IMG/VR virus record: IMGVR_UViG_3300048592_001022
Location: 1 to 63,305 of that record
DNA: 63,305 nt
Reading direction: 5' to 3' (one strand)
Source: a virus
Taxonomy: Duplodnaviria; Caudoviricetes
A program made the position numbers and the translations under genes. The notes beneath the pieces were generated by a model. That model saw nothing but the letters and a program-made list of their open reading frames with translations, was not told where the DNA came from and ran no database searches. Of the stretch, positions 31,387 through 39,587 are shown piece by piece. Every line of letters starts with the position of its first letter. The first letter of the stretch is position 1.

Positions 31387-31415
31387 TTTTCAAAGTTAAC
31401 GCGTTAGGTTAGAAT
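31387..31415 (+). promoter_or_regulatory. Promoter/operator site 4
   Basis: TTTTCA-17 nt-TAGAAT; AAGTTAACGCGTTAGGTT at 31393-31410. Confidence 0.65.
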
Positions 31416-31421
31416 TATATC

Positions 31422-31553
31422 AGTAATTGAGAGGAGGGACCTGACCATGAGCTACTAATCTATGCCGCTGAGACGGCATCAGCCATCTGAGTAAAGACCC
31501 GATGCGGTTGAATGCTCAAAAATAAGGGAAAACCGTGGCGGTCCGAGCGCCAC
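31422..31553 (+). ncRNA. Putative structured RNA B (copy 2)
   Basis: Hairpins UGCCG/CGGCA, GACC/GGUU within UGAG/CUCA, GUGGCG/CGCCAC; homologous to 29650-29783. Confidence 0.5.
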
Positions 31554-31558
31554 AAAAG

Positions 31559-31675
31559 AAAAAGAACGGATTCCCCCGCCCATTAGGGTCCGCGTGAGAC
31601 TTGCTACTCACATGCCCGTCCAGGTATTTCCTGAACACAAATACATTTCTAAGTTAACGCGTTAACTTTGTAAAG
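31559..31675 (-). repeat. 117-bp inverted repeat, right copy (promoter/operator site 5 plus RNA A copy 2)
   Basis: Reverse complement of 29531-29647; palindrome at 31651-31668. Confidence 0.95.
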
Positions 31676-31730
31676 GTGAATTTTATAGGAAAATAGCGAG
31701 GAATAGCGGCGAATAGCGCCGCTATATTGA

Positions 31731-32540
31731 TCAGACTTTTTCGCCCCACATCAGGCTGCGGAACGCCTCGCGGACCTGGGCCGGTACCACGCCGTTGCCC
31801 AAGGCTTTAAAGCGGTCCATCCGGTGGGCACACCCATGAGCCACTCGACGAATTCCACATTCAGAAGCCCACCCACCGAATCGCTCAAAGGCGGTGTGTT
31901 GCGATTCTGACCCGAGTGGCCAGGCTTCCGATAGTCCCGTGTAACCGGCGTCGGCCAGAGGTTGTGCCTCGCCATCTGGTGTAGCGATGGACGCCGCGTT
32001 GCCGACTGCCCGGACGATCGGTTGCTCCCTGAATGCGCGGCCATTGGCGTGGGCAGCAAGCAGGAACCATCGGTTTCGGATGTGCGGCGCACCGACTTCT
32101 TGAGCCGATAGCATACGCCACCTGCAATCATACCCTCGGCTGGCAAGTTCTGTGAGAACGCGGTCCAGGCCTCGGGTTCTGATAGCTGGCACATTCTCGA
32201 AGAAGAGGAAGCTCGGCTCGATTTCGTCGGCGAGACGCATGATCTCGAAAAAAAGACCGGAGCGCTTTCCCGCCAGGCCCGCGCCAGCTCCTGCGCAGCT
32301 GATGTCCTGACATGGAAAGCCGCCGTATATAATGTCGACAACTCCCCGCCAGGGCCGGCCATCGAGGGATCGGACATCGTCCCAGATGGGAGCATAGGGA
32401 ATATCGCTATCTGCCATTCGCGATAATAGGACGGACTGAGGATATCGCTCGATCTCACAATAGAGCACTGGTCTGACCCAGGGAGCGAGAGCGATTGAGA
32501 TGCCTCCGTAACCGCTAAAGAGATCCAGGCCATTGATCAT
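31731..32540 (-). CDS. C5-cytosine DNA methyltransferase (alpha chain)
   Basis: DLFSGYGG, GGFPCQD, ENV, PHIRNRWF, ALGNGVVP motifs. Confidence 0.93.
   Translation of the reverse strand: MINGLDLFSGYGGISIALAPWVRPVLYCEIERYPQSVLLSRMADSDIPYAPIWDDVRSLDGRPWRGVVDIIYGGFPCQDISCAGAGAGLAGKRSGLFFEIMRLADEIEPSFLFFENVPAIRTRGLDRVLTELASRGYDCRWRMLSAQEVGAPHIRNRWFLLAAHANGRAFREQPIVRAVGNAASIATPDGEAQPLADAGYTGLSEAWPLGSESQHTAFERFGGWASECGIRRVAHGCAHRMDRFKALGNGVVPAQVREAFRSLMWGEKV
31751..32533 (-). CDS. Overlapping alternative-frame polypeptide carrying a TRD/motif IX-like segment (beta chain); start uncertain
   Basis: LLPTPMA, LWPTP, LNVEFVEWLMGVPTGWT in a nested same-strand frame. Confidence 0.65.
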   Translation of the reverse strand: MAWISLAVTEASQSLSLPGSDQCSIVRSSDILSPSYYREWQIAIFPMLPSGTMSDPSMAGPGGELSTLYTAAFHVRTSAAQELARAWRESAPVFFSRSCVSPTKSSRASSSSRMCQLSEPEAWTAFSQNLPAEGMIAGGVCYRLKKSVRRTSETDGSCLLPTPMAAHSGSNRSSGQSATRRPSLHQMARHNLWPTPVTRDYRKPGHSGQNRNTPPLSDSVGGLLNVEFVEWLMGVPTGWTALKPWATAWYRPRSARRSAA

Positions 32541-33310
32541 TCCCCCACTCCGATAGCGAAAACATTCCCGAGAACCTTGGCTTTAAGCCGATATTTTTCA
32601 GCAATGCGCTCCACAATCTTCCCGCAGAAATGGGGCTCGATCTCGACACCAAGCGCCACCCGTCCGGTCTCCTGTGCGGCCGCGAAGATCACCCCAGACC
32701 CTGCAAAGGGGTCGTAAACGACGTCGCCGGCATCGGTATGATTGAGAATCGGACGCGTATAAAGGTCGATCGGCTTCTGCGTGGGATGGATCCTTTCGGA
32801 AGGCTTGGGGACCTCGGCCTGCCAGACAGTGGTCTGCCTCCGGTCTCCCTTCCAGTTTGCGGTTTCACCGAAGCGAACGCCGTAGATACAGCTTTCGTGC
32901 TGCCAGTGATAGGCAGAGCGGGAAAGCGCTGCGCGGTTCTTTGCCCAGATGATGAGCTGCCGCGGCTCGTAGTCGCCGTCGCGTGCCGCCTGGAGAGCCA
33001 CATCAGTGGCAGTCGCGGCGTGCCAGATATAGGCGATCTTGGCTTGTGAGAGATAGAATGCCCGGGACCATGATGCCCGGTGGTCATTTCGGATCCTAAG
33101 ATCCTCCAGGGTGTTCCCCTTGGCAATCGTGGTCGACGGTTCCTTGCGGTCCCTGACCTTGAAATTCACGCCGTAAGGCGGATCCGTAATCATGAGGGTG
33201 GGCAGCTGCTCGCCGAAGAGCGGCGCGAGCATCGCCCGTTCTGAGCTGTCGCCGCACAAGAGCCTATGCTGGCCAATTTGAATGAGATCCCCAAAAACAA
33301 TTTTCATCAA
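32537..33310 (-). CDS. N6A/N4C DNA methyltransferase (beta class)
   Basis: HRLLCGDS, TDPPYG, HPTQKP, DPFAGSG motifs. Confidence 0.93.
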   Translation of the reverse strand: MMKIVFGDLIQIGQHRLLCGDSSERAMLAPLFGEQLPTLMITDPPYGVNFKVRDRKEPSTTIAKGNTLEDLRIRNDHRASWSRAFYLSQAKIAYIWHAATATDVALQAARDGDYEPRQLIIWAKNRAALSRSAYHWQHESCIYGVRFGETANWKGDRRQTTVWQAEVPKPSERIHPTQKPIDLYTRPILNHTDAGDVVYDPFAGSGVIFAAAQETGRVALGVEIEPHFCGKIVERIAEKYRLKAKVLGNVFAIGVGE

Positions 33311-33420
33311 GCAGCCTCCTGAAAAAGCTCAGGACACTAACCGGAACCAACTAATGTCATTGACACTAGCTTGATCGCACTGGAGAATGTCCTAAGCAGC
33401 TTGGGAGAGGCTGCGAGTCA

Positions 33421-33449
33421 AGGGATCGCCGCGAGGCGGTCCCTTTTTG
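33421..33449 (+). terminator. Intrinsic terminator-like hairpin
   Basis: AAGGGATCGCC-GCGA-GGCGGTCCCTT followed by T-run. Confidence 0.6.
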
Positions 33450-33568
33450 ATTTTCATCTACGGTCGGAGCCTGACAATATACCTGACAGCTTCAACCAGG
33501 ATGATCAAAAGCCAGACTAAGATAAGGGTGCGCACAACTTCAAAATCAAGCAAAGTCCAATTCCCCAT

Positions 33569-34024
33569 TCAAAAATCAGACAGCACCTGACGCCAGTCAT
33601 CCTCCAAGTGCTCGCTGTGAAGCTTAACAGAAGCGCCGTACCAGCCGTTGCTCTGGTTGCGATAATCCATGATGAAGTCGCCAATATCAGTCACAAGCCT
33701 TAAGCCGTACTTTTTCTCGACCTTATAATCGCTCAAGGCATTGGGAGGAAAATCCAGCTCTTCCAGGGATAGGATCTTCCGCCCCAGGAGATTATTCACT
33801 CCTTCCATGTGCTCAACCCAGCTCGTGCTGCAGCATCCAGCTTCGATTTCAGCGAAAACTTCCCCGCTATCGAGAACGAACTTCAGGAGATTCTTTTCCG
33901 CATTGACATAGACCTCCTCACAGAGAGCACCCACAAATATATGCTCCAGCAACTCTGTGCCCCAGAAAAAGTCCTCAGTCCAGGCTTTGGCGAGAACGTC
34001 GACATATCTCTTCTTCTCTAGCAT
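33569..34024 (-). CDS. Conserved phage hypothetical protein
   Basis: CCS.SW.E and YRNQSNGWYG motifs. Confidence 0.7.
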   Translation of the reverse strand: MLEKKRYVDVLAKAWTEDFFWGTELLEHIFVGALCEEVYVNAEKNLLKFVLDSGEVFAEIEAGCCSTSWVEHMEGVNNLLGRKILSLEELDFPPNALSDYKVEKKYGLRLVTDIGDFIMDYRNQSNGWYGASVKLHSEHLEDDWRQVLSDF

Positions 34025-34030
34025 CTCGGC

Positions 34031-34660
34031 TCAACTCCTGAAATAGGATCCGGGCTTTTCCCGCACATAGTCGTCGGGATCGTCCTCGTTGAAGTAAATG
34101 TCGAAGTAATCGTCCACCGTATCGTCGATCTTCTCTGAAAAATGCCAGAGCGGTTTGGTGTTCTTGATGTCTCTCAGCAGATAGAGGACACGGAAGAACT
34201 TGCCATTATTGGTCCGCTGGAAGATACCCACCAACGGATAAGGCTTATAGGAAGCCTTCTTCGAGAAATCGAACTTGAACACATCGCTTCGACCGCGCAG
34301 GGCATTCGGCAGTAGGTTTCGCGGTATCCTGGCCTTCGGCGATGGCCTGGCCGCCGAAGGAATTGCAACATGGCCGTCCGGCTTATACGTCTCACCCTCT
34401 TCCTGCTTGACCATCCAACGGTCCAGCGAGTAAACGCGGGCTTCCATGGAATCCCGATCGGCACTGTCGAACCGAATCCCCTTGCCCACCCAGCCGCCGC
34501 GCAGGGTGAACTTTTCGGGAAGGTCGGCTTTCACCTGTTCAACAGCTTTCCGCGCAGTCTTGTTCAGGGCAAACACAGTTTTCGAGATCACCTCGCGCTG
34601 CAGCTGCAGGCCCCAGTGTCCCTTAAGATCCGGGCTTTCCTCGATCTCGATAGTCAGCAT
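34031..34660 (-). CDS. Putative tail completion/minor tail protein (gpZ-like)
   Basis: ALNKTAR...F...QEEG pattern. Confidence 0.55.
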   Translation of the reverse strand: MLTIEIEESPDLKGHWGLQLQREVISKTVFALNKTARKAVEQVKADLPEKFTLRGGWVGKGIRFDSADRDSMEARVYSLDRWMVKQEEGETYKPDGHVAIPSAARPSPKARIPRNLLPNALRGRSDVFKFDFSKKASYKPYPLVGIFQRTNNGKFFRVLYLLRDIKNTKPLWHFSEKIDDTVDDYFDIYFNEDDPDDYVREKPGSYFRS

Positions 34661-34911
34661 GCAACGAGCGTCCTGATCTGCTTCTCAGCTCTCTCCTGTA
34701 CAAACGATTCCAGAATTTCGTCCCAATTGGAGACGCCGAGGCTCTGGAGCAGGACCCGAAGCGCAAAGGGGACAGGCTCGCGCCGGCCTGCTTCGATGTT
34801 GGCAATATAGGTCCTCGAATACCCGGACCACTTAGCCAGATCTTCCCGCGAAGCTCCGTTCATTATCCGAAAGAGTTTCAAACGCTCGCCGACGTGCATG
34901 AAATACCTCAA
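34654..34911 (-). CDS. XRE-family HTH regulator
   Basis: RLKLFR...SREDLA...YIANIEAGRREP. Confidence 0.85.
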   Translation of the reverse strand: MRYFMHVGERLKLFRIMNGASREDLAKWSGYSRTYIANIEAGRREPVPFALRVLLQSLGVSNWDEILESFVQERAEKQIRTLVAC

Positions 34912-35090
34912 AAAATAGCTCTAATCTTCTCAAAGCTCAGAAGTACCAACCCGCAGAATGCTAAAACCGATACCAAGGCCCAAATGAATCGCCCAATTTG
35001 GTCCCTGGCAGCACCAGCCATGGAAATGGCTTCCGGCTTGGTACTGATAAGGACATTGGAAAGCAATTTTGTCTTGAGATCACTGTTCAA
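34908..35090 (-). CDS. Small membrane protein (lysis accessory candidate)
   Basis: One TM helix; follows lysin. Confidence 0.45.
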   Translation of the reverse strand: MNSDLKTKLLSNVLISTKPEAISMAGAARDQIGRFIWALVSVLAFCGLVLLSFEKIRAIF

Positions 35091-35102
35091 GCGACAAACC
35101 TT

Positions 35103-35594
35103 TCACGCACATATTGCAACATCGATCAGTCTGGTTTCCCAGCCAAGACCAAATATACCATATGTTTCCTGCTTTTTGTAAAGCTTTAATCTCTCTACAA
35201 GAAACGCTTTGAGAACGCGACGCGGCGAGTATTTCTTGGATGCTGCGATTGTATTCGGACCAACAATTCCGTCAACATCAAGTCCTGCACCGAGAGTATT
35301 CAACGCTCGCTGCAGCAGCTCCACCGCCTTCTTCGGGCCGTGATTGACCGATGCGTCGAACATCGGGAGAGCCAGCCTTGGAGTGAAGCGACTCAGCTTC
35401 ATGGGCTTCCAATACTTTACCCGGTAGATCTCGATCGCCTGCTCGCGAGTCAGATTGCGGATTCCAGCTTCTCCAAGCTCCGGGTGGGAGCGGAGGGAAA
35501 TCCCGTATTTTGTAAGACCGCCTGGATCAGCCGGGTGGCTGGAAAAGCCACCCTCCTGGTCAAGGACGAACTCCACAGCGTCCTTGAAGATCAT
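35103..35594 (-). CDS. Endolysin, glycoside hydrolase 108 family
   Basis: EGGF..HP.DPGG.TKYGIS, FDASVNHG, DGIVGPNT motifs. Confidence 0.93.
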   Translation of the reverse strand: MIFKDAVEFVLDQEGGFSSHPADPGGLTKYGISLRSHPELGEAGIRNLTREQAIEIYRVKYWKPMKLSRFTPRLALPMFDASVNHGPKKAVELLQRALNTLGAGLDVDGIVGPNTIAASKKYSPRRVLKAFLVERLKLYKKQETYGIFGLGWETRLIDVAICA

Positions 35595-35595
35595 G

Positions 35596-35892
35596 TCACG
35601 CTGCCTTTCTCATGACCTGGACAACTTCTTCGGCACCGCTCAGAAGCCTCTTCGCGACCGTGAATGCCTCGACCGTAGAAAGGTCCTGGAATTCGTCGGG
35701 CACCTGTGAAATGCCTGCAATCGCCGAGGCCAGCTTCACCTGGAACTCAGAATTGAGGACAATCTTCGCAGCATCGCTCAGCTGCAGGCCGTCTCCCTGA
35801 ATCTCCTTATAGATCAACTTCGCCACTTCCACTACTAAATCAATCACTTCCAATGTCTCCTTGATGTCTTTGCGAACCTGTACTTCAGTCAT
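35596..35892 (-). CDS. Hypothetical protein in lysis module
   Basis: 98 aa, amphipathic, directly upstream of lysin. Confidence 0.6.
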   Translation of the reverse strand: MTEVQVRKDIKETLEVIDLVVEVAKLIYKEIQGDGLQLSDAAKIVLNSEFQVKLASAIAGISQVPDEFQDLSTVEAFTVAKRLLSGAEEVVQVMRKAA

Positions 35893-35919
35893 TTCAAAAA
35901 ACCTTATTGAACAACCAGC

Positions 35920-36228
35920 CTATGCCGACAAACCACTGTCCAGCTTTGGTTGGCTTGTTTCCACTGTAATTCCTTCCCAGGCGCTCTCGCTTCCCGAGCG
36001 GTCCCGGATGGCCCGATTGATCGCTCGAATGTCAGCCTTGATTTTCTTAATCAAAGTCCCATATGCGCTCGCCATCAGGCGCTTGTTATCCTCATTCCGT
36101 TCCAATTGATTTAGGAGCCGCGAAAGCCGCTCGTGCAGCTCCTCAGTTTCTGCTTCGGAAAGCTCATCCATTGTCAAATTCGTGTAGGCTCTGGATTCAT
36201 CCTGAATTTCGTCCATCAAGCTTTTCAT
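35920..36228 (-). CDS. Hypothetical coiled-coil protein
   Basis: Coupled to upstream ORF. Confidence 0.6.
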   Translation of the reverse strand: MKSLMDEIQDESRAYTNLTMDELSEAETEELHERLSRLLNQLERNEDNKRLMASAYGTLIKKIKADIRAINRAIRDRSGSESAWEGITVETSQPKLDSGLSA

Positions 36229-36521
36229 AACGTCCTTTCAAATATTGCTTTTTCCAGGCGACCCAGGCGTTCCTGCATCCCCTTGATTTCCTTTTGGTGC
36301 GTGACTTCGAGCACAACCTCGACCTTTTGCAGCCGCTCGGACATCTTCTCCAGGCGGTCCTTGAAGGCATCGAATCCTTCGCGCAGCTTGTCATAGCTGC
36401 TCTGCAATTTGTCGAAGCTTTCCTTCATATTCTTTATCGTGTGGAGAAGGAGCATCGTAAGAGGAACACCCCCCGACGCTCCGATCGCCATGCTTTGGAT
36501 AGTGTCCATGTTCAAGTCCAT
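36225..36521 (-). CDS. Holin-like protein (TM + coiled coil)
   Basis: N-terminal hydrophobic segment plus coiled coil, near lysin. Confidence 0.5.
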   Translation of the reverse strand: MDLNMDTIQSMAIGASGGVPLTMLLLHTIKNMKESFDKLQSSYDKLREGFDAFKDRLEKMSERLQKVEVVLEVTHQKEIKGMQERLGRLEKAIFERTL

Positions 36522-36844
36522 TCCCTGCTTTCCTTTCGCTGCTGTATTGAAGATCCAGCCTCCATGGCCGGAATTTTGGGAGAATATAGTGCAATTCTTT
36601 CCTTGATCGTCGAACCTATGGCGCCGCTTATCAGCTTCATTTTCTCGACTAACCTAGCATCGTCGGACATGCCCAGAAGAAGTTCGATTGATTGGGCAAG
36701 TTCGAGAGCATCTCGGGAAAGAGAGTTGTTTTTGCATTCAAGTTCTTCAATACGCGCGTTCTTTTCCGCCAGAACCTGCATGTAGTCTCGTACAGTGTCA
36801 GCGCATATCGGGTTTGTGCAGGTTTGGTCGTGCATGGAGGACAT
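36512..36844 (-). CDS. Hypothetical protein
   Basis: RBS; operon context. Confidence 0.55.
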   Translation of the reverse strand: MSSMHDQTCTNPICADTVRDYMQVLAEKNARIEELECKNNSLSRDALELAQSIELLLGMSDDARLVEKMKLISGAIGSTIKERIALYSPKIPAMEAGSSIQQRKESREWT

Positions 36845-36848
36845 TCCT

Positions 36849-37691
36849 TTAATTCAATAGAGAGCGTGGCGTGATATCGCTGTTAAGAGCCTTGGCCATG
36901 GCGCAAAGCTGCTCAGCCCGCTCGGTGATTTCAAGGTTCGTTACACGGGATTCCGCCAGATCTTTCACCATCTTCGCGGACAGACCAACCATAGTTTTGC
37001 TGCAGTGATAGAGACGAAATTTGCCACGTTCGGCCTTGCTCATCTGAGAAATGGGCTTTTTGACCACTTCGATCGAATAGACCGGATTATGAAAGATATC
37101 GTTAGGCTCCCGACGATAGATCGGCACCGAAAACTCTGGCACCTTTTTGTTGCGTCCAAGGCTGATGTGATGTGTGGCGACATTCAGTTTGGCCTGGAGT
37201 TCACCAATTTCCGAGACTAGAGCCTCGTTCTGTTTTTGAACGGCTTCGGCCAATGCAAGTAACTCTGCGTTTTTCAGCTTTTCTGATTGCAATTCTGGAA
37301 TAATTTTTTGAAGCTGTTCCGAATCGTTCCATAGCTGATAGTAAGCTGCTTTCGCCGAGTCAGTACCAATTACCCACATCAGATCCTTTAGAGCCGACTT
37401 GGACAGGAATCGAACGTTGCGATTAGTCCGCAACGGAATAACTCCCAATGATTTCAGATCATTGGTGATGCTCTCAACCAGTGGTTGAGAGCATATGGCG
37501 TACTTTGCCATGTGCTTATAGATGTTCTGATAGCTAACACCGAATAGGTCTGCAGCTTGCTGAACCGTGACTCCTTCTGTGTCGCCGATCAGCAGGATTC
37601 CAATTTTGATGCGCTCTCCTGCGCGTTCAATCTCTACTGAGCGAAAATTCAAATGGTGTTGAATCTGCGAATTGCTCTTATCAGTTATCAT
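36849..37691 (-). CDS. DNA-binding protein (antirepressor/RhuM-like HTH + coiled coil)
   Basis: VTVQQAADLFGVSYQNIYKH. Confidence 0.55.
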   Translation of the reverse strand: MITDKSNSQIQHHLNFRSVEIERAGERIKIGILLIGDTEGVTVQQAADLFGVSYQNIYKHMAKYAICSQPLVESITNDLKSLGVIPLRTNRNVRFLSKSALKDLMWVIGTDSAKAAYYQLWNDSEQLQKIIPELQSEKLKNAELLALAEAVQKQNEALVSEIGELQAKLNVATHHISLGRNKKVPEFSVPIYRREPNDIFHNPVYSIEVVKKPISQMSKAERGKFRLYHCSKTMVGLSAKMVKDLAESRVTNLEITERAEQLCAMAKALNSDITPRSLLN

Positions 37692-37888
37692 TCAATTCAT
37701 CTCCAAGGCTTACGGCTTGTCAACCGTTTGCTGACCATATACAACGCAATTCTGATCGACTTTTCACTATTGCCAAGCTTCTTATTTTTATCTTTTAAGG
37801 TGCGCACTATGTGCAGGAACATTGCTCCCGCACATAAGACATATCTGCGAATGGGCTTCTGTACAGCGTTCCGTACCAAAAGCAACAC

Positions 37889-38329
37889 TCATCCAACCAT
37901 CTCCAAGGAATCGCTGACCTCGATCTCAATCCAGCCAGGTGTACCCTCGGGCGCAAACTTCTTCATACACCTCGTGTCCACGATCCGGCTGTCGTTCACC
38001 CAAAGAACCCCTTCCAGGGCATCGGTGATCAGCTTGTGAATGTTGTCAGCGTCGGGCTTGGTGTCGGCCCACTCGTCGCGCGGCCTGCTTTTGGGTCTCG
38101 TCCGGTAAGCTCGGATGAGAAGGCTCAGCGGGCAGTCCAGGGGAGGACCATCGTACTGCTCGCGCACCGATGCGGCGATCAGCAGCATGTCTGCACGAGT
38201 CTCGGGATGCTTGTGCACACCAAAACGCGTGCGCCTCGCTTCCTTCTTTCCTCTAGGTTCCATCGGTATGGTAAACTTAAGCAGCACGTTAACACCTGTC
38301 GCAACCTGTGAAGCTTGATCCGCCTGCAC
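37889..38329 (-). CDS. rusA: RusA-family Holliday junction resolvase
   Basis: KPDADNIHKLITDALEG...NDSRIV. Confidence 0.9.
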   Translation of the reverse strand: MQADQASQVATGVNVLLKFTIPMEPRGKKEARRTRFGVHKHPETRADMLLIAASVREQYDGPPLDCPLSLLIRAYRTRPKSRPRDEWADTKPDADNIHKLITDALEGVLWVNDSRIVDTRCMKKFAPEGTPGWIEIEVSDSLEMVG

Positions 38330-38350
38330 CTATACAGGCGGATTTTTCTT

Positions 38351-38788
38351 TCAAAACGGAATATCGCTCGGCATTTCCTGGTCACCCATTTGATCCGGGA
38401 CGCTCAGGGGTTTGCCAGTCTTCGGCCTGGATTCCGGTGGCGGGCTTTCATCCCGCGGCTGGCTCAGAAAGCGGACGGCGTCGGCCACAACCTCAGTACT
38501 GTAGCGTTTCTGCCCGGTCTGCTGATCATCCCAGGAGCGGGTCTGCAAGCGGCCTTCGACGTAAAGCATTGCCCCCTTTCCGCTATATTTCGCGGTGTTT
38601 TCGGCCTGCTTTTGCCAGATGACGACATTGTGCCATTCGGTCTTTTCCTGCTTCTGCCCCTGCTGATCAGTCCAGTGGTCGGACGTGGCCAAAGACAGAC
38701 GTGCATAGGCAGTCCCGCTCGGGGAATACTTCAGCTCAATCGCTTTGCCGACCCTGCCGACCAGGATCACCTTGTTCACGCTGCTCAT
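38351..38788 (-). CDS. ssb: Single-stranded DNA-binding protein
   Basis: VNKVILVG, TEWH, VEGRLQTRSW, C-terminal DIPF. Confidence 0.96.
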   Translation of the reverse strand: MSSVNKVILVGRVGKAIELKYSPSGTAYARLSLATSDHWTDQQGQKQEKTEWHNVVIWQKQAENTAKYSGKGAMLYVEGRLQTRSWDDQQTGQKRYSTEVVADAVRFLSQPRDESPPPESRPKTGKPLSVPDQMGDQEMPSDIPF

Positions 38789-38798
38789 GGCTTGCCTC

Positions 38799-39314
38799 TT
38801 ATTTCAGGATTTCCCAGTCATCGTTGTCAATCAATGTAAAAAGCTCTGTGCCCATGACGCTGACGTTTCTGTTATGATCGACGAAAACAATCACAGGATA
38901 ATTTGTATCAGTGCATAAACGGCGAACTACTGAATCAGATACATTCAGTTTATGCGACGAATAGAGCGATGTTGGATTGCTTGTACTGATCGCAAAACAT
39001 CCCGTAGGCCACCAGTCACGGCGAACCTTTTCACCTTTTTTCAGTTTGGCAATCGCCCACTCCAGTGTCCCTGGATGCAGCTCACTCTTCGCATCGACCG
39101 GAACCGAGATTGGCGGATTCAGCGTCGTCACCCCTGTGACCTTGTCCGGGCAGCTGCTCTCAAAGGTTGGCTCACACGGCACGTGGCCGAGGAACAGCCG
39201 GGAAAGTCTTAGACGGACCTCCGCACTCAGCTCCTCGTGAGTCCAGCTGCCAGCGGGAGCTACAGTAAATTCAAGCTTGTTAATATGGAGGTCCAACTTT
39301 TTCGCGGCTGTCAT
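38799..39314 (-). CDS. Protein with C-terminal DUF2829/Tad2-like domain
   Basis: WAIAKLKKGEKVRRDWW...DDWEI signature. Confidence 0.6.
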   Translation of the reverse strand: MTAAKKLDLHINKLEFTVAPAGSWTHEELSAEVRLRLSRLFLGHVPCEPTFESSCPDKVTGVTTLNPPISVPVDAKSELHPGTLEWAIAKLKKGEKVRRDWWPTGCFAISTSNPTSLYSSHKLNVSDSVVRRLCTDTNYPVIVFVDHNRNVSVMGTELFTLIDNDDWEILK

Positions 39315-39317
39315 GAT

Positions 39318-39479
39318 TCAGGTCCTTGTAACTTGAAGTTCTTCGTTTACTGGTGGCTGCGCTTCAGCCAGAGACTTTTTTAGAGCAGCGATCGTCTTCT
39401 CGTACTCCTTCTGCTCATCAGCCAACAGCCTGCATTCAGCCACCAGCTGCTTGCGTGTCATCTTTGCAAAGTCTTTCAT
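39318..39479 (-). CDS. Small coiled-coil hypothetical protein (53 aa, not in ORF track)
   Basis: MKDFAKMTRKQLVAECR... with GAGG upstream. Confidence 0.55.
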   Translation of the reverse strand: MKDFAKMTRKQLVAECRLLADEQKEYEKTIAALKKSLAEAQPPVNEELQVTRT

Positions 39480-39587
39480 AACCCTCTCACTTTCCGAAAT
39501 TTTTCCTGGTGTGCGTGCTGCCGATATAGAAACCGGCTGTAAAAAACAGGAGCGGAATACTGAGAAAGATCGCCATGGCTATAAGCA

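Noticed and set aside
33527-33537. XerC-like arm GGTGCGCACAA
   Set aside because: No XerD arm at the proper distance
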